Shown here one piece after another: positions 8,423-18,328 of a stretch of DNA of 38,283 bases. Origin of the DNA: Fibrobacterota bacterium (GTDB lineage Bacteria; Fibrobacterota; Fibrobacteria; UBA11236); assembly GCA_043753995.1 (NCBI GenBank), contig JAYUVP010000064.1, forward strand, positions 1-38,283, given 5' to 3'. The notes under the pieces were generated by a model, which saw only the letters and a list, made by a program, of their open reading frames with translations, was not told the origin of the DNA and made no database searches. Made by a program: the position numbers and the translations under genes. Numbering within the stretch: the first letter of the stretch is position 1; the number at the start of each line of letters is the position of its first letter.

Positions 8423-9522
8423 GCCTTACCTCCCGCTTTCAATTCCACGATTTTGTCCTTCAAGCGACCATAGAGATACCCGAAGCTGCCAAATAGACCT
8501 TGGGGTACGAAAAGCACCACGCCGATGAAGAGAAAGCCCAGAACATAAAGCCAAGAGCCGGGCATGACACCGGTGAGCCAGCTATAAAGCAAGTTGATGG
8601 CGATGGCGCCGAGCACGGGACCAATCAGAGTCCCGCGGCCGCCGACGGCCACCCACACCACCATTTCGAGTGAGGCCTTCACATCCATGCGCCCCGGGGT
8701 GATAATGCCGGTTTGCGGTACATAAAGTAAGCCTCCCAAAGCGGCCAGCAAGGCGGCGAAGCTAAAGGCGAAAAGCTTGTAATGGGTGACGGGTATGCCG
8801 GTGAAGCGCACCCGCATTTCACTGTCGCGTATAGCCACCAAGACCTTGCCCAGTTTGGAGCGAACAATGTAACGGCAGGACAAATAACCAAGAGCAAGTC
8901 CTATGGCCGCTACCAAGTAAAGCACGCGTTTGGTATTGGGGTCAGCCAGCGAAAAGCCGAACAAGGATTTGAAATCGGTTAAGCCATTGGTGCCACCGAG
9001 CATGGTTTCATTGCGCAAGAAAATGAGCCATGTCGCCAGCGCTAGGGCTTGGGTGATGATAGAGAAATACACGCCCTTGATGCGACTGCGAAAGGCGAAG
9101 AAACCGAAGGCCAAGGCCACCATGGCGGGCACGAATAAAGCCAGGAATAGGGCGGGCAAAAGATGGTGAAAGGGTTCCCAAAACCAAGGCAAGTGTTCCA
9201 CGCGATTCCAAACCATGAAGTCGGGAAGAGCGCTTCCGTAGACACCGCTTTTGCCGGTCTTGAGCAGCATGTGCATGCCGAGGGAATAGCCCCCGAGGCA
9301 AAAGAAAAAGGCCTGACACAGGGAAAGGATGCCGGTATAGCCCCAAATCAAATCAAGGCCGAGAGCGGCCAGCGCAAAGCACAGGTAGCGGCCAAGCAGG
9401 TTGAGATATAAATCGGGTAGGACGCCGATCAAATTGAGCAGAGGCGCAATGACCACGAAGGCCAGAGTCAGCCCGATAAATCCCGGGTCGCGCCAAAGCG
9501 GTTGGCGATCAGAGGTCTTCAT
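8419..9522 (-). CDS. urtC: Urea ABC transporter permease
   Basis: LDLIWGYTGILSL, LPDFMVWN, FRSRIKGVYFSIITQA, GGTNGLTDF; probable start ATG 9522 with AAGGA upstream. Confidence 0.95.
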   Translation of the reverse strand: MKTSDRQPLWRDPGFIGLTLAFVVIAPLLNLIGVLPDLYLNLLGRYLCFALAALGLDLIWGYTGILSLCQAFFFCLGGYSLGMHMLLKTGKSGVYGSALPDFMVWNRVEHLPWFWEPFHHLLPALFLALFVPAMVALAFGFFAFRSRIKGVYFSIITQALALATWLIFLRNETMLGGTNGLTDFKSLFGFSLADPNTKRVLYLVAAIGLALGYLSCRYIVRSKLGKVLVAIRDSEMRVRFTGIPVTHYKLFAFSFAALLAALGGLLYVPQTGIITPGRMDVKASLEMVVWVAVGGRGTLIGPVLGAIAINLLYSWLTGVMPGSWLYVLGFLFIGVVLFVPQGLFGSFGYLYGRLKDKIVELKAGGKA

Positions 9523-11263
9523 TGCGTCCTTTCGCGGGGAAAAGGCCCGAGGGCCGCACTTGCAGGAAGAGAATGACCAAGGCCAGCAAAGCCACCTTGG
9601 CATAAACGGCTTGCAGGGCGGGCTCAAGGAATTTGTTGAGAGCGCCGATGCTGAAGCCAGCCAAAACAGTTCCTACCAATTTGCCGACGCCGCCGGTCAC
9701 GACCACCAAAAAGGAATCGACGATATAATTCTGTCCCATGCCTGGGTCGACATTGCCGATTTGGGTGAGAGCGCATCCCGCGATGCCCGCGATGCCGGTG
9801 CCGAGTCCAAAGGTGAGTCCGTCAATGCGGCGAGTCGGCACTCCCAGACAGCGGCTCATATTCCGATTTTGTGTGACAGCACGAATTTTTAGGCCTACCC
9901 GAGTACCGTAAAACAAGATGGACATGGCAGTGACGATGACCAGAGTCAACCCCATGATAAAGATGCGGTTGAAGGGAAAGGTCACCTGGGGCAGGATTTC
10001 CCAGCCGCCACCCAGCCACGAAGGCATGGTGACCGCCGTGAGATCACCGAATATGTGACGGGCGCCTTGGATGAAAACCAAGCTTAGGCCCCAAGTCGCC
10101 AGCAGGGTTTCCAAGGGTCTTCCATATAGGCGGCGAATCACTACCCATTCGATGAGCATGCCCATCCCGCCCGCGAAAAGAAAGGCAATGGGAAAGGAAA
10201 AAACCAAAAACCAGTCGCTGTGATTGGGCATTTGCTTCAAGAAAATATTTTGAGTCACGAAGGTGGCATAAGCCCCGAGCATCATGAATTCACCATGCGC
10301 CATATTGATGACGCCCATCAGTCCGAAAATGATGGCAAGCCCCAAGGCCATCAGGATCAGAATGCTGCCAAGCGAAACCCCGGTGAACACGGCCTGTACG
10401 CTATTGGCGACATGCACCCAGCCGTCTAGCGATTGCTGCGCGGCCAGCATGGCCTTGCGCCAGCTTTCGTCGGCTCCTGGCGGTAATTTACCGGCGGCGA
10501 GAACCTTGATTTCCGGTAGGGCATTGCTGCCATGCATGTCGGCCAATTCGGCGGCGGCGGCCATTTGCTTTTTCGGATCACTTAGGTGCAGGCCTAAGCG
10601 CGAAGCAGCTTCGAGCATGAGGTGCTTGGTACCACGATCCTTTTCGATTTGCGAGGCTTTTTGCAAAGCTGCGATAAAAAGGGTGTCGCCGCCTTCGCCC
10701 AGGCTGATGGTGGCATTGCGGCGCTTTTGGCGGTCGGCACTGCTGAGATCCAGCGAGGTCAAGACAGGAAGCAATAAAGCCCGCATGCCACGATCGACAT
10801 CGAATTCGACCAGGGAATCCTGCACCGTGACTATGGCTTGACCTTGGGTATTCACCGCCGCTTGATAGGGCCAGCATTCGAAAAGCGGGAAAAGTGTTTC
10901 GCTTTCGCCTTCGATTTCTGTACCGGTAATCACCACCTTGCCGGGGTGATTGGTATCGGGCCGATAGAGATAAACATTGCCTGAAAACAAGCCGCGAAAA
11001 AGCGGAGCCAAGGTGGTGTCCTGCAAGGCAATCATTTGCGCCAAGGCTTCGGTTTTCCCCTCTTCCGATATCACCAGGGAATCCAACAAGGTTTTGATAT
11101 CGGTGATGGGCGTCGGCGCTTGGCCTTCGGTCTGGTGGGTGTCTGCACTTGCAGCCGCAGTATCCACGGTGGCCAGGGCGGGACAGGCAAGGATGGCGGC
11201 CATGACAAGAGAGCCCAGCCATAGCTGAGCTCTCTTGTGAGGTCGCGACAAATTGCGGGTCAT
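9509..11263 (-). CDS. urtB: Urea ABC transporter permease with a large N-terminal periplasmic helical (HEAT-like) domain
   Basis: GLAIIFGLMGVINMAHGEFMMLGAY, LYGRPLETLLATWG, YIVDSFLVVVTGGVG; probable start ATG 11263 with GGAG upstream. Confidence 0.94.
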   Translation of the reverse strand: MTRNLSRPHKRAQLWLGSLVMAAILACPALATVDTAAASADTHQTEGQAPTPITDIKTLLDSLVISEEGKTEALAQMIALQDTTLAPLFRGLFSGNVYLYRPDTNHPGKVVITGTEIEGESETLFPLFECWPYQAAVNTQGQAIVTVQDSLVEFDVDRGMRALLLPVLTSLDLSSADRQKRRNATISLGEGGDTLFIAALQKASQIEKDRGTKHLMLEAASRLGLHLSDPKKQMAAAAELADMHGSNALPEIKVLAAGKLPPGADESWRKAMLAAQQSLDGWVHVANSVQAVFTGVSLGSILILMALGLAIIFGLMGVINMAHGEFMMLGAYATFVTQNIFLKQMPNHSDWFLVFSFPIAFLFAGGMGMLIEWVVIRRLYGRPLETLLATWGLSLVFIQGARHIFGDLTAVTMPSWLGGGWEILPQVTFPFNRIFIMGLTLVIVTAMSILFYGTRVGLKIRAVTQNRNMSRCLGVPTRRIDGLTFGLGTGIAGIAGCALTQIGNVDPGMGQNYIVDSFLVVVTGGVGKLVGTVLAGFSIGALNKFLEPALQAVYAKVALLALVILFLQVRPSGLFPAKGRNEDL

Positions 11264-11295
11264 AGTTAGGTGTGCTCCGCAGAAGGTTCGCGAAT

Positions 11296-11354
11296 CCTTG
11301 CCGACACAGTGTCGGCAAGGTTCTATGTAAAAGAGGGGGGCGAAGCTTCGCCCC
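11296..11354. repeat. Two perfect palindromes between urtA and urtB
   Basis: CCTTGCCGACAC-A-GTGTCGGCAAGG (11296-11320) and GGGGCGAAGCTTCGCCCC (11337-11354). Confidence 0.8.
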
Positions 11355-11390
11355 GGAAATCGCACCGGACTACCCCGGTACTAAAGGGAA

Positions 11391-12686
11391 TTACTTAGCA
11401 GCAGCTTCTTTGGTATAAGTGCCGGCATGATCCACGTGATCGCAGCTCTTGTCGGGGGAGGTGTAAATGGACCAGGGCTCGGGAGCGACGAGGCCGGCGG
11501 TTTTCCAAACCACCTTGAATTGGCCGTCCTTCTTGATCTCACCGATCAAGACGGGCTTGTGCAAGTGATGATTGCGGGGATCCATCATGACCTCGGTGCC
11601 GGGAGCTTTGAACTTCATGCCATAGGCGGCCTTGCGAACCTTGTCCACTTCGAAGGAACCGGCTTTAGCGGCGGCGAGAGCCCAAGTATGGACCGAGATA
11701 TAAGCAGCTTCGATAGGGTCATCGGTCACGCGCTTGTCGCCTTCGGGCAATTTGTTCTTGGCGCAGAATGCCTTGAAGTTCTTGACGAAGGTTTTGTTGG
11801 TGGCGCTGGGGAGCGATTGATAATAATTCCAGGCAGCCAAGTGGCCGACGAGGAATTTGGTGTCCATGGCGCGCAATTCATCTTCGGCGACCGAGAAGGC
11901 CATGATGGGGCATTGAGCCGCCGTCAGACCTTGCGATGCGAACTCTTTATAGAAAGGCACATTGGAGTCGCCATTGATGGTGGAGAGAATGCAGGTCTTA
12001 CCACCCGCGGAGAATTGCTTGACCTTTTGAACTATGGTCTGGTAGTCCTGGTGATGGAAGGGGGTGTATTCTTCCATGATATTTTCGTCCGGTACGCCCT
12101 TGGCCTTCAAGAAGGCGCGCAAGATTTTATTGGCGGTACGGGGGAAGACATAGTCGGTGCCGAGCAAGATGAACTTCTTGTACTCGCCGCCTTCTTTGCT
12201 CATCATATATTCGGCAGCGGGAATGAGCTGCTGATTGGGCGTGGCACCCGTGTAAAACACATTCTTCGAGCACTCTTCGCCTTCGTATTGAACCGGATAG
12301 AAGAGCAGACCATTATTGGCTTCGAAAACCGGCAAAACCGATTTGCGAGACACCGAGGTCCAGCAGCCGAAAGTCACTGCAACCTTATCTTGCAGTAATA
12401 ACTGCTTGGCTTTTTCCGCAAAGAGGTCCCAGTCCGAAGCAGGATCGACGATGACAGGCTCGATTTTCTTGCCTAGCACGCCGCCTTTTTTATTGATCTC
12501 TTCAATGGCCATCATCACGACGTCTTTCAGAGAAACTTCTGAAATCGCCATGGTGCCGCTGAGCGAGTGAAGAATACCGACTTTGACGGTTTCTTCTGCA
12601 GCACGCACAGGTGCGGCGAGGCCAATAGCTGCTACAGCAGTCATGGCGCAAGCCTGAGTGAATAATCGTAGGGGTTTGCCGATCAT
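11391..12686 (-). CDS. urtA: Urea ABC transporter substrate-binding protein
   Basis: Signal peptide; VGILHSLSGTMAISE, FGCWTSVSRKSVLPVFE, FYPVQYEGEE, GTDYVFPRTAN; AAAGGAG SD. Confidence 0.97.
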   Translation of the reverse strand: MIGKPLRLFTQACAMTAVAAIGLAAPVRAAEETVKVGILHSLSGTMAISEVSLKDVVMMAIEEINKKGGVLGKKIEPVIVDPASDWDLFAEKAKQLLLQDKVAVTFGCWTSVSRKSVLPVFEANNGLLFYPVQYEGEECSKNVFYTGATPNQQLIPAAEYMMSKEGGEYKKFILLGTDYVFPRTANKILRAFLKAKGVPDENIMEEYTPFHHQDYQTIVQKVKQFSAGGKTCILSTINGDSNVPFYKEFASQGLTAAQCPIMAFSVAEDELRAMDTKFLVGHLAAWNYYQSLPSATNKTFVKNFKAFCAKNKLPEGDKRVTDDPIEAAYISVHTWALAAAKAGSFEVDKVRKAAYGMKFKAPGTEVMMDPRNHHLHKPVLIGEIKKDGQFKVVWKTAGLVAPEPWSIYTSPDKSCDHVDHAGTYTKEAAAK

Positions 12687-12722
12687 ACGAACTCCTTTCC
12701 GGAGAGGTGTGACGGCCAGGAA

Positions 12723-12738
12723 AGCAATTAAGGTGCCA
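12723..12738 (-). promoter_or_regulatory. sigma54 (-24/-12) promoter of urtABCDE
   Basis: TGGCACCTTAATTGCT, a near-perfect TGGCAC-N5-TTGCW, 37 nt upstream of the urtA start. Confidence 0.88.
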
Positions 12739-12861
12739 CGGTTAATAAATTCGCAAAAATGGATTCAGCGAGCCGAGGATTCGGGATAGGTCCGGCGAAG
12801 GAAAGCCAACCAAAAAGACAGGTAAATTCAAAACAAGTTGAATTTGGACAATTTGACGTCT

Positions 12862-12877
12862 TGGCGTAACTTGTGCG
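12862..12877 (+). promoter_or_regulatory. Possible weak sigma54 promoter for the urease operon
   Basis: TGGCGTAACTTGTGCG has GG-N10-GC spacing but a poorer match to consensus; correct orientation about 100 nt before ureD. Confidence 0.35.
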
Positions 12878-12974
12878 ACGCAATCTTTTACAAATGCATC
12901 GATGCCTAAGGCTTCCATCTTATATAGAGGGTCATAGCAAGCGAATAAGCGCAATTCTATGACAAATCGTAAAA

Positions 12975-13910
12975 TTGTTATCAACTGTTAAAAAGTGTTA
13001 TGATCCGGAGAGGGATTGGTCACATTCCCAAATTCAGGCGACGGCCGTAAGTGGTGTGACGCGTCTCACTCGTGCCTATGCTGAGGCTCCCCTGAGTCTG
13101 AGAAATCCCAAGCCCATGGGCGGGGTTTGCCAGGTATACCTCACTCAACTGGGTGGAGGCTTATTACCCGCGGATCAAATGCATATCGACATTGAGGCGC
13201 AAAGGCAGGCCCGCCTCTTTATCGGTTCACAGGCCGCGACCCGCATTTTCAAATCCGCTGGGGGCACCTCCCGCCAAAATATACAGGGATTGGTCAAGGA
13301 CTCGGCCCTGGTGGTTTCTATGCCAGAGGCGACCACACCCTTTGCACAGTCACGTTTCGAGCAGAATCAGATTTGGACCTTGCATGTTGGCGGTCGCTTG
13401 GCGCTTGGAGAAATTCTGCAAGCCGGTCGATTGTCGCGGGGCGAGGTTTTCGCTTTCGCGTCTTATAAGACCGCATGGCGCGTGAACAATTCCCAAGGCC
13501 GTCCGATTTTATTGGATCGGATTTCGCTTGAACCGGGGCAACAAGGGGTGGCCATGCCGGGCTGCTTCGCCATGCCCGATCCATCCGGTACTCCGGGGAA
13601 GAATACTTGCTTCACGCAATGGGCGAGCTTTGCCTTTTGCGGTCGAGGTTGGGAAGGCATGGAAACACAATTGCGCCATGCCTATCGGGACTTGCCGCTT
13701 TGGCCCTGGGGCATTGCCGGGCCGGATGAAGCCGAGCGTCGCCTGGATAGGAGCTTGCTCCTTGCCTTGTGGCGAAAGGACGAGGATGTATTGTTGCTGC
13801 GGGCCTTGGCGGTGAATCGCGATGCCTTGCAATGCGTGCTAGAGCCCTTGTATCAGGCCTTGGCGCGCGATGATGTGCTTGGGTTTTCTCCCTGGGCGCG
13901 AAAATTCTGA
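12975..13910 (+). CDS. ureD: Urease accessory protein UreD/UreH (start uncertain)
   Basis: GGGLLPAD, SQAATRIFKS, PFAQSRFEQ, AGRLSRGEVFAF, C-terminal RKF; first gene of the urease operon. Confidence 0.9.
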   Translation: MLSTVKKCYDPERDWSHSQIQATAVSGVTRLTRAYAEAPLSLRNPKPMGGVCQVYLTQLGGGLLPADQMHIDIEAQRQARLFIGSQAATRIFKSAGGTSRQNIQGLVKDSALVVSMPEATTPFAQSRFEQNQIWTLHVGGRLALGEILQAGRLSRGEVFAFASYKTAWRVNNSQGRPILLDRISLEPGQQGVAMPGCFAMPDPSGTPGKNTCFTQWASFAFCGRGWEGMETQLRHAYRDLPLWPWGIAGPDEAERRLDRSLLLALWRKDEDVLLLRALAVNRDALQCVLEPLYQALARDDVLGFSPWARKF

Positions 13911-13922
13911 GAGGAGACGGAT

Positions 13923-14705
13923 ATGCGTTGGTTGCCTCGTGACGAAGACAAGCTGCGCCTGCATGCCGCAGGTACCTTGGCGCAAAAGCGCCTTTGGCGC
14001 GGCCTGCGGCTGAATTATCCCGAATCGATGGCGCTCATCGCCAGCCAATTGCTCGAATGCATTCGCGACGGCGAAAGCGTGGTCACCTTGATGGACAAGG
14101 GTAAGCGCTTTCTCGGCCAAGACGATGTGATGCCCGGCGTGCTTTCCTTGGTAGTGGAAGTGCAAGTCGAAGGCACCTTTCCCGACGGTACCAAGCTTGT
14201 TACCGTGCATGATCCGATTTGTTCGCAAAGTGGGGACATGTCCCTCGCGCTTTATGGCTCCGGGCTCGATATCGCAGTCGCCGAAGCCAATCGTCGCGCG
14301 CGCTTGCAAGGAGAGGTTGCCGATTCTTCGAATGCCGTGTCCCTAGAGCCTGGAGCGATTCAAACCGTCGCTGGCGATATCGAATTACAAGCCGGACGCG
14401 ATACCGTCGAGGTCGACGTCACCAATACCGGCGATAGGCCGATACAGGTCGGCTCGCATTATCCCTTCTTTGAGACCAATATCGCCTTGCGGTTCGAGAG
14501 AGCCTTGGCCTTCGATAAAAGGCTCGACATTCCCTCGGGCACGGCGACGCGCTTCGAGCCAGGAGAAACGCGCAAGGTACGTCTGGTGACCTTGGCGGGG
14601 GCGAAAAAAGTCTTCGGAGGCAATGCTTTCACCATGGGCGCGACATCGCCCGACCGATTGGCCGTTGCCTTGGACAAGGTGCGCGCCGCAGGGGGTCATG
14701 CATGA
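13923..14705 (+). CDS. ureAB: Urease fused gamma-beta subunit
   Basis: Gamma motifs RGLRLNYPE and [19 protein letters not shown], then a linker, then beta motifs [17 protein letters not shown] and [16 protein letters not shown] in one 260-aa frame; GAGGAG SD. Confidence 0.96.
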   Translation: MRWLPRDEDKLRLHAAGTLAQKRLWRGLRLNYPESMALIASQLLECIRDGESVVTLMDKGKRFLGQDDVMPGVLSLVVEVQVEGTFPDGTKLVTVHDPICSQSGDMSLALYGSGLDIAVAEANRRARLQGEVADSSNAVSLEPGAIQTVAGDIELQAGRDTVEVDVTNTGDRPIQVGSHYPFFETNIALRFERALAFDKRLDIPSGTATRFEPGETRKVRLVTLAGAKKVFGGNAFTMGATSPDRLAVALDKVRAAGGHA

Positions 14706-16423
14706 GTTACCGTATCAGCCGTAAGGCCTATGCTGAAATGTTCGGCCCCACCGTGGGCGACAAAGTGCGACTCGGCGATACCGGTCTCTGGATTTCAGTG
14801 GAAAAAGATTTTGCCGTTTATGGCGAAGAAGTCAAATTCGGCGGCGGAAAAAGCATTCGCGACGGCCAGGCCCAGGGCTCGGGCGTTTCGCAAGCCGATG
14901 CCCTCGACTTGGTCATCACCGGGGTTTTGGTCCTGGATTGGTCCGGCATTGTCAAAGCCGATGTCGGCGTCAAGGAAGGCCGCATCGTGGCCTTGGGCAA
15001 GGCAGGGAATCCCGATATCATGGACGGCGTGACGCCGGGCATGGTGATTGGCCCAACGACCGAAGTCATTGCGGGAGAAGGCCAAATTCTCACCGCCGGT
15101 GGCATAGACAGCCATATTCATTTCATTTGCCCTCAGCAAATTCACGAGGCCTTGGCCTCGGGCGTCACAACCTTCCTGGGTGGGGGTACCGGCCCTGCTA
15201 CGGGGACCAATGCCACGACTTGCACGCCGGGGGCCGTCCACTTGCGCATGATGCTGCAAGCCACCGATGTTTTTCCCATGAATTTCGGCTTTTTCGGCAA
15301 GGGTAATTCTTCCTTGCCCGGTGGCTTGGTCGAGCAAATCGAAGGCGGCGCCATCGGCCTCAAGCTGCATGAGGACTGGGGCACCACGCCGGCAACGATA
15401 GATGCTTGCCTTGCGGTCGCCGAGGCCCATGATGTGCAAGTGGCCATACACACTGACACCTTGAATGAAAGTGGCTTCGTCGAAACCACCATCGCAGCTT
15501 TCAAGGGCCGAACCATACACAGCTTTCACACCGAAGGCGCGGGTGGCGGCCATGCCCCTGACATCATTCGAGTTTGCAGTCTGAAGCATGTCCTACCCAG
15601 TTCGACCAATCCCACCCGGCCTTTCACGGTGAATACCTTGGCCGAACATCTCGACATGCTCATGGTTTGTCATCACCTCGACAAGACCATACCCGAAGAC
15701 GTGGCCTTCGCCGAAAGTCGCATTCGCGGCGAGACCATAGCCGCCGAAGATATCCTCCATGATCTGGGTGCCATTTCCATGATGTCGAGCGATTCGCAGG
15801 CCATGGGTCGCGTGGGCGAAGTGGTCACGCGCACTTGGCAAACCGCGCATAAAATGCGTGAGCAGCGCGGGCCCCTGCCCGAAGACGCCGCACGCGGAGA
15901 CGGTGCTGATAATTGGCGCGCCCGCCGCTATGTCGCCAAATACACCATTAATCCCGCCTTGGCGCATGGCATTGCCCACGAAGTCGGATCGATTGAGCCC
16001 GGAAAACTTGCTGACTTGGTGCTTTGGCGTCCCGCTTTTTTCGGCTCGCGTCCCGAATTAGTAATCAAGGGCGGCGTCATTGCCTTCGCGCAAATGGGCG
16101 ATGCCAATGCCTCCATTCCCACCCCTGAGCCGGTGCGGGCCCAACCCATGTTCGGAGCCTTCGGCAAGGCTGTCGGCGGATGCTCGCTGGCCTTTGTCTC
16201 ACAAGCCTCGGAAGCACTTGTGCGCTCCACCTATGGCCTGAACAAGCGGATTGCCGCGGTGAAAGGATGCCGTACCGTGAGCAAGGCGGACATGCGCCTC
16301 AATGATGCCACGCCCGACATTCAAGTGGATCCCGAGAGTTATGAAGTGCGGGCCGATGGTGTTTTGCTGACTTGCGAGCCGGCCAAGCAATTGCCTTTGG
16401 CGCAACTGTATTCGCTTTTCTGA
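14702..16423 (+). CDS. ureC: Urease alpha (catalytic) subunit
   Basis: Ni ligands intact: [31 protein letters not shown], flap [15 protein letters not shown]. Confidence 0.98.
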   Translation: MSYRISRKAYAEMFGPTVGDKVRLGDTGLWISVEKDFAVYGEEVKFGGGKSIRDGQAQGSGVSQADALDLVITGVLVLDWSGIVKADVGVKEGRIVALGKAGNPDIMDGVTPGMVIGPTTEVIAGEGQILTAGGIDSHIHFICPQQIHEALASGVTTFLGGGTGPATGTNATTCTPGAVHLRMMLQATDVFPMNFGFFGKGNSSLPGGLVEQIEGGAIGLKLHEDWGTTPATIDACLAVAEAHDVQVAIHTDTLNESGFVETTIAAFKGRTIHSFHTEGAGGGHAPDIIRVCSLKHVLPSSTNPTRPFTVNTLAEHLDMLMVCHHLDKTIPEDVAFAESRIRGETIAAEDILHDLGAISMMSSDSQAMGRVGEVVTRTWQTAHKMREQRGPLPEDAARGDGADNWRARRYVAKYTINPALAHGIAHEVGSIEPGKLADLVLWRPAFFGSRPELVIKGGVIAFAQMGDANASIPTPEPVRAQPMFGAFGKAVGGCSLAFVSQASEALVRSTYGLNKRIAAVKGCRTVSKADMRLNDATPDIQVDPESYEVRADGVLLTCEPAKQLPLAQLYSLF

Positions 16424-16427
16424 TCTC

Positions 16428-17066
16428 ATGCTGGCCTTGGTTTTGCAATGGGCCGATTCGGCCTATCCCACCGGAGGCTTTGCCTATAGTTCCGGGCTTG
16501 AGGCCATGGCCAGATTGCCTGCCTTCACCACCCTCGAACACCTAGGTGATTATCTCACCTTGGTGATGCGGCAAGCCCAGTCTGCCGACCTGCCTTATTT
16601 GCTCGACATGCGCTCCGCCGCGGAAATGGGTCAAGCCGAGGTCTTTGACGACTTGGCCTGGCAATGGGATGCCTTCTTGCATCAGCCGACCCTTCGCCGA
16701 TCCAGTCTGGCCCAAGGGGAAGCTTGGCTGAGACTTAACCCGCAGGTTACCCTTGCCATCACTGCGCCTCGACATTTTGTTCCCGTGCTGGCGGCCAGTG
16801 CGGCGCAATGCGGAGTGAGCGCCGAAGATTTACGTGCCCTCTACCTGCATTTGCTTTTGCGCGATCAAATCGCTGCCGCGGTGCGCCTTGGGCTCGTGGG
16901 CGCAAACCAAGCGCAAAGCCTGCAAGCTTCGCTTGGTCCTATCGGGCATCCCGAATGGATGACCCGCCCCGTCGCCTCTTCGAAAGACGCCAGCCGTGGC
17001 GCGCCGGTGCTTGAACTAGTGCAGGCCTTGCATTCCGACCTTTATGTGCGCCTTTTTCAGAACTAA
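16428..17066 (+). CDS. ureF: Urease accessory protein UreF
   Basis: QWADSAYPTGGFAYSSGLE, AAVRLGLVG, C-terminal RLFQN. Confidence 0.93.
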   Translation: MLALVLQWADSAYPTGGFAYSSGLEAMARLPAFTTLEHLGDYLTLVMRQAQSADLPYLLDMRSAAEMGQAEVFDDLAWQWDAFLHQPTLRRSSLAQGEAWLRLNPQVTLAITAPRHFVPVLAASAAQCGVSAEDLRALYLHLLLRDQIAAAVRLGLVGANQAQSLQASLGPIGHPEWMTRPVASSKDASRGAPVLELVQALHSDLYVRLFQN

Positions 17067-17078
17067 AGAGGAAAAAGC

Positions 17079-17849
17079 ATGGCTCCCCTAAGACCTTTGC
17101 GACCTTATAATCCCGACAATAAGCCAGCCCATGGCCACACGCATGAACCCATGGAATCCCCAGGGGAATTTCGTCTGCGCGAATTGGTGAAACCCGATCG
17201 CGATTATCGCCGCCGTACCTTCACCGTCGGCATTGGCGGTCCCGTGGGTTCGGGCAAAACCGCCTTGGTGCGCGCTTTGTGTGAGCGCCTGCGCGACACC
17301 ATGAGCCTGGGCGTGGTCACCAATGACATTTTCACCCGCGAGGACGGAGAATTCTTGATTCGCAATCAGGCCCTCGCCGAAGATCGCATTCTCGCCGTGG
17401 AAACGGGTGGCTGCCCCCATGCCGCCATTCGTGAAGACGTCTCCGCCAATGTCGCGGCATGTGAAACCTTGATGCGCCGGTTCGAGGGCGCCATGGATTT
17501 GCTCATCGTCGAAAGCGGGGGAGACAATCTCGCTGCGCATTTCGGCCGGGAATTAGCCGACTATACCGTCTATGTCATAGACGTCTCCGGTGGCGACAAG
17601 GTGCCGAGAAAAGGCGGCCCCGGCATCACGCAAAGCGATTTACTCGTGATCAATAAAACGGACTTAGCCCCGATGGTCGGTGCTGATCTCGAGGTCATGC
17701 GCCGCGATAGCCTGCGCATGCGGGGCGATGGACCTTTCGTATTCGCCCAAGTGCGTCAAGGTCAAGGCCTAGACATTATCATTGAGCATATTTTGCGCGC
17801 TTGGCGCTTGGCTTTGTCCCCTACCTCACCCACTCTTTCCAAACTTTAA
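17079..17849 (+). CDS. ureG: Urease accessory GTPase UreG with an N-terminal His-containing extension
   Basis: [46 protein letters not shown]-terminal extension. Confidence 0.97.
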   Translation: MAPLRPLRPYNPDNKPAHGHTHEPMESPGEFRLRELVKPDRDYRRRTFTVGIGGPVGSGKTALVRALCERLRDTMSLGVVTNDIFTREDGEFLIRNQALAEDRILAVETGGCPHAAIREDVSANVAACETLMRRFEGAMDLLIVESGGDNLAAHFGRELADYTVYVIDVSGGDKVPRKGGPGITQSDLLVINKTDLAPMVGADLEVMRRDSLRMRGDGPFVFAQVRQGQGLDIIIEHILRAWRLALSPTSPTLSKL

Positions 17850-17862
17850 ATCCGGAGATGCC

Positions 17863-18033
17863 ATGAATTTCTTCCGCTTCAGTTTACCCCGCGCCTTAGG
17901 CATGGCTGTGGTCTTGGGCCTGGCCTTGGCCTCCATGGTTTCGGCCCATCCGGATGGGCATGTCCTGACCCAGCCTTGGGTTGGCAGCTCGGTTATTCCC
18001 TCCCACCCCATGCCCCAAATGCCAGGGCGTTAA
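17863..18033 (+). CDS. 56-aa putative secreted peptide with a HupE/UreJ-like N-terminus
   Basis: GGAG SD; starts 13 nt after the ureG stop; signal peptide ending ASMVSA, then HPDGH...; lies before the operon terminator. Confidence 0.6.
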   Translation: MNFFRFSLPRALGMAVVLGLALASMVSAHPDGHVLTQPWVGSSVIPSHPMPQMPGR

Positions 18034-18072
18034 GGAATAGGTTCTTTTAAAAACCATTCAAGGTCGCGAATC

Positions 18073-18103
18073 AAAAGCCTCAGGTCCAAACCTGGGGTTT
18101 TTT
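18073..18103 (+). terminator. Rho-independent terminator of the urease operon
   Basis: AAAAGCCTCAGGT-CCAA-ACCTGGGGTTTTTT hairpin plus U-tract. Confidence 0.8.
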
Positions 18104-18258
18104 GTTGTTTTGCTGTTCACCTGACAAATTTCTGCCACTCCGCAAAACATGTCAATAAGTGCTCTTATTTATCCAATTTGTCGTTTTTTGTGATGAGGCC
18201 AACTCCAAGGAAAGGCCTTTTTCCTTCCAATTTCATCCATTCAGAGGTAAGCGCGCCT

Positions 18259-18274
18259 TGGCATGGGGATTGAT
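18259..18274 (+). promoter_or_regulatory. Probable sigma54 promoter of the porin-PII operon (GA at -12)
   Basis: TGGCATGGGGATTGAT matches TGGCAYG-N4-TTGC except C->A at -12; 55 nt before the ATG. Confidence 0.55.
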
Positions 18275-18328
18275 TAATGGTTCATTATGCTGCCCTTAAC
18301 CCAGTCCGGGAAGGGAAAATGAGGAGCG

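Noticed and set aside
10400..11263. Long N-terminal domain of UrtB as a novel fusion
   Set aside because: Such periplasmic extensions are common in UrtB proteins.
11427..12398. 323-aa antisense ORF (similar ones inside amtB, ureC, PBP1A and the decarboxylase gene)
   Set aside because: Typical shadow ORFs from codon bias in GC-rich genes; no motifs or SD.
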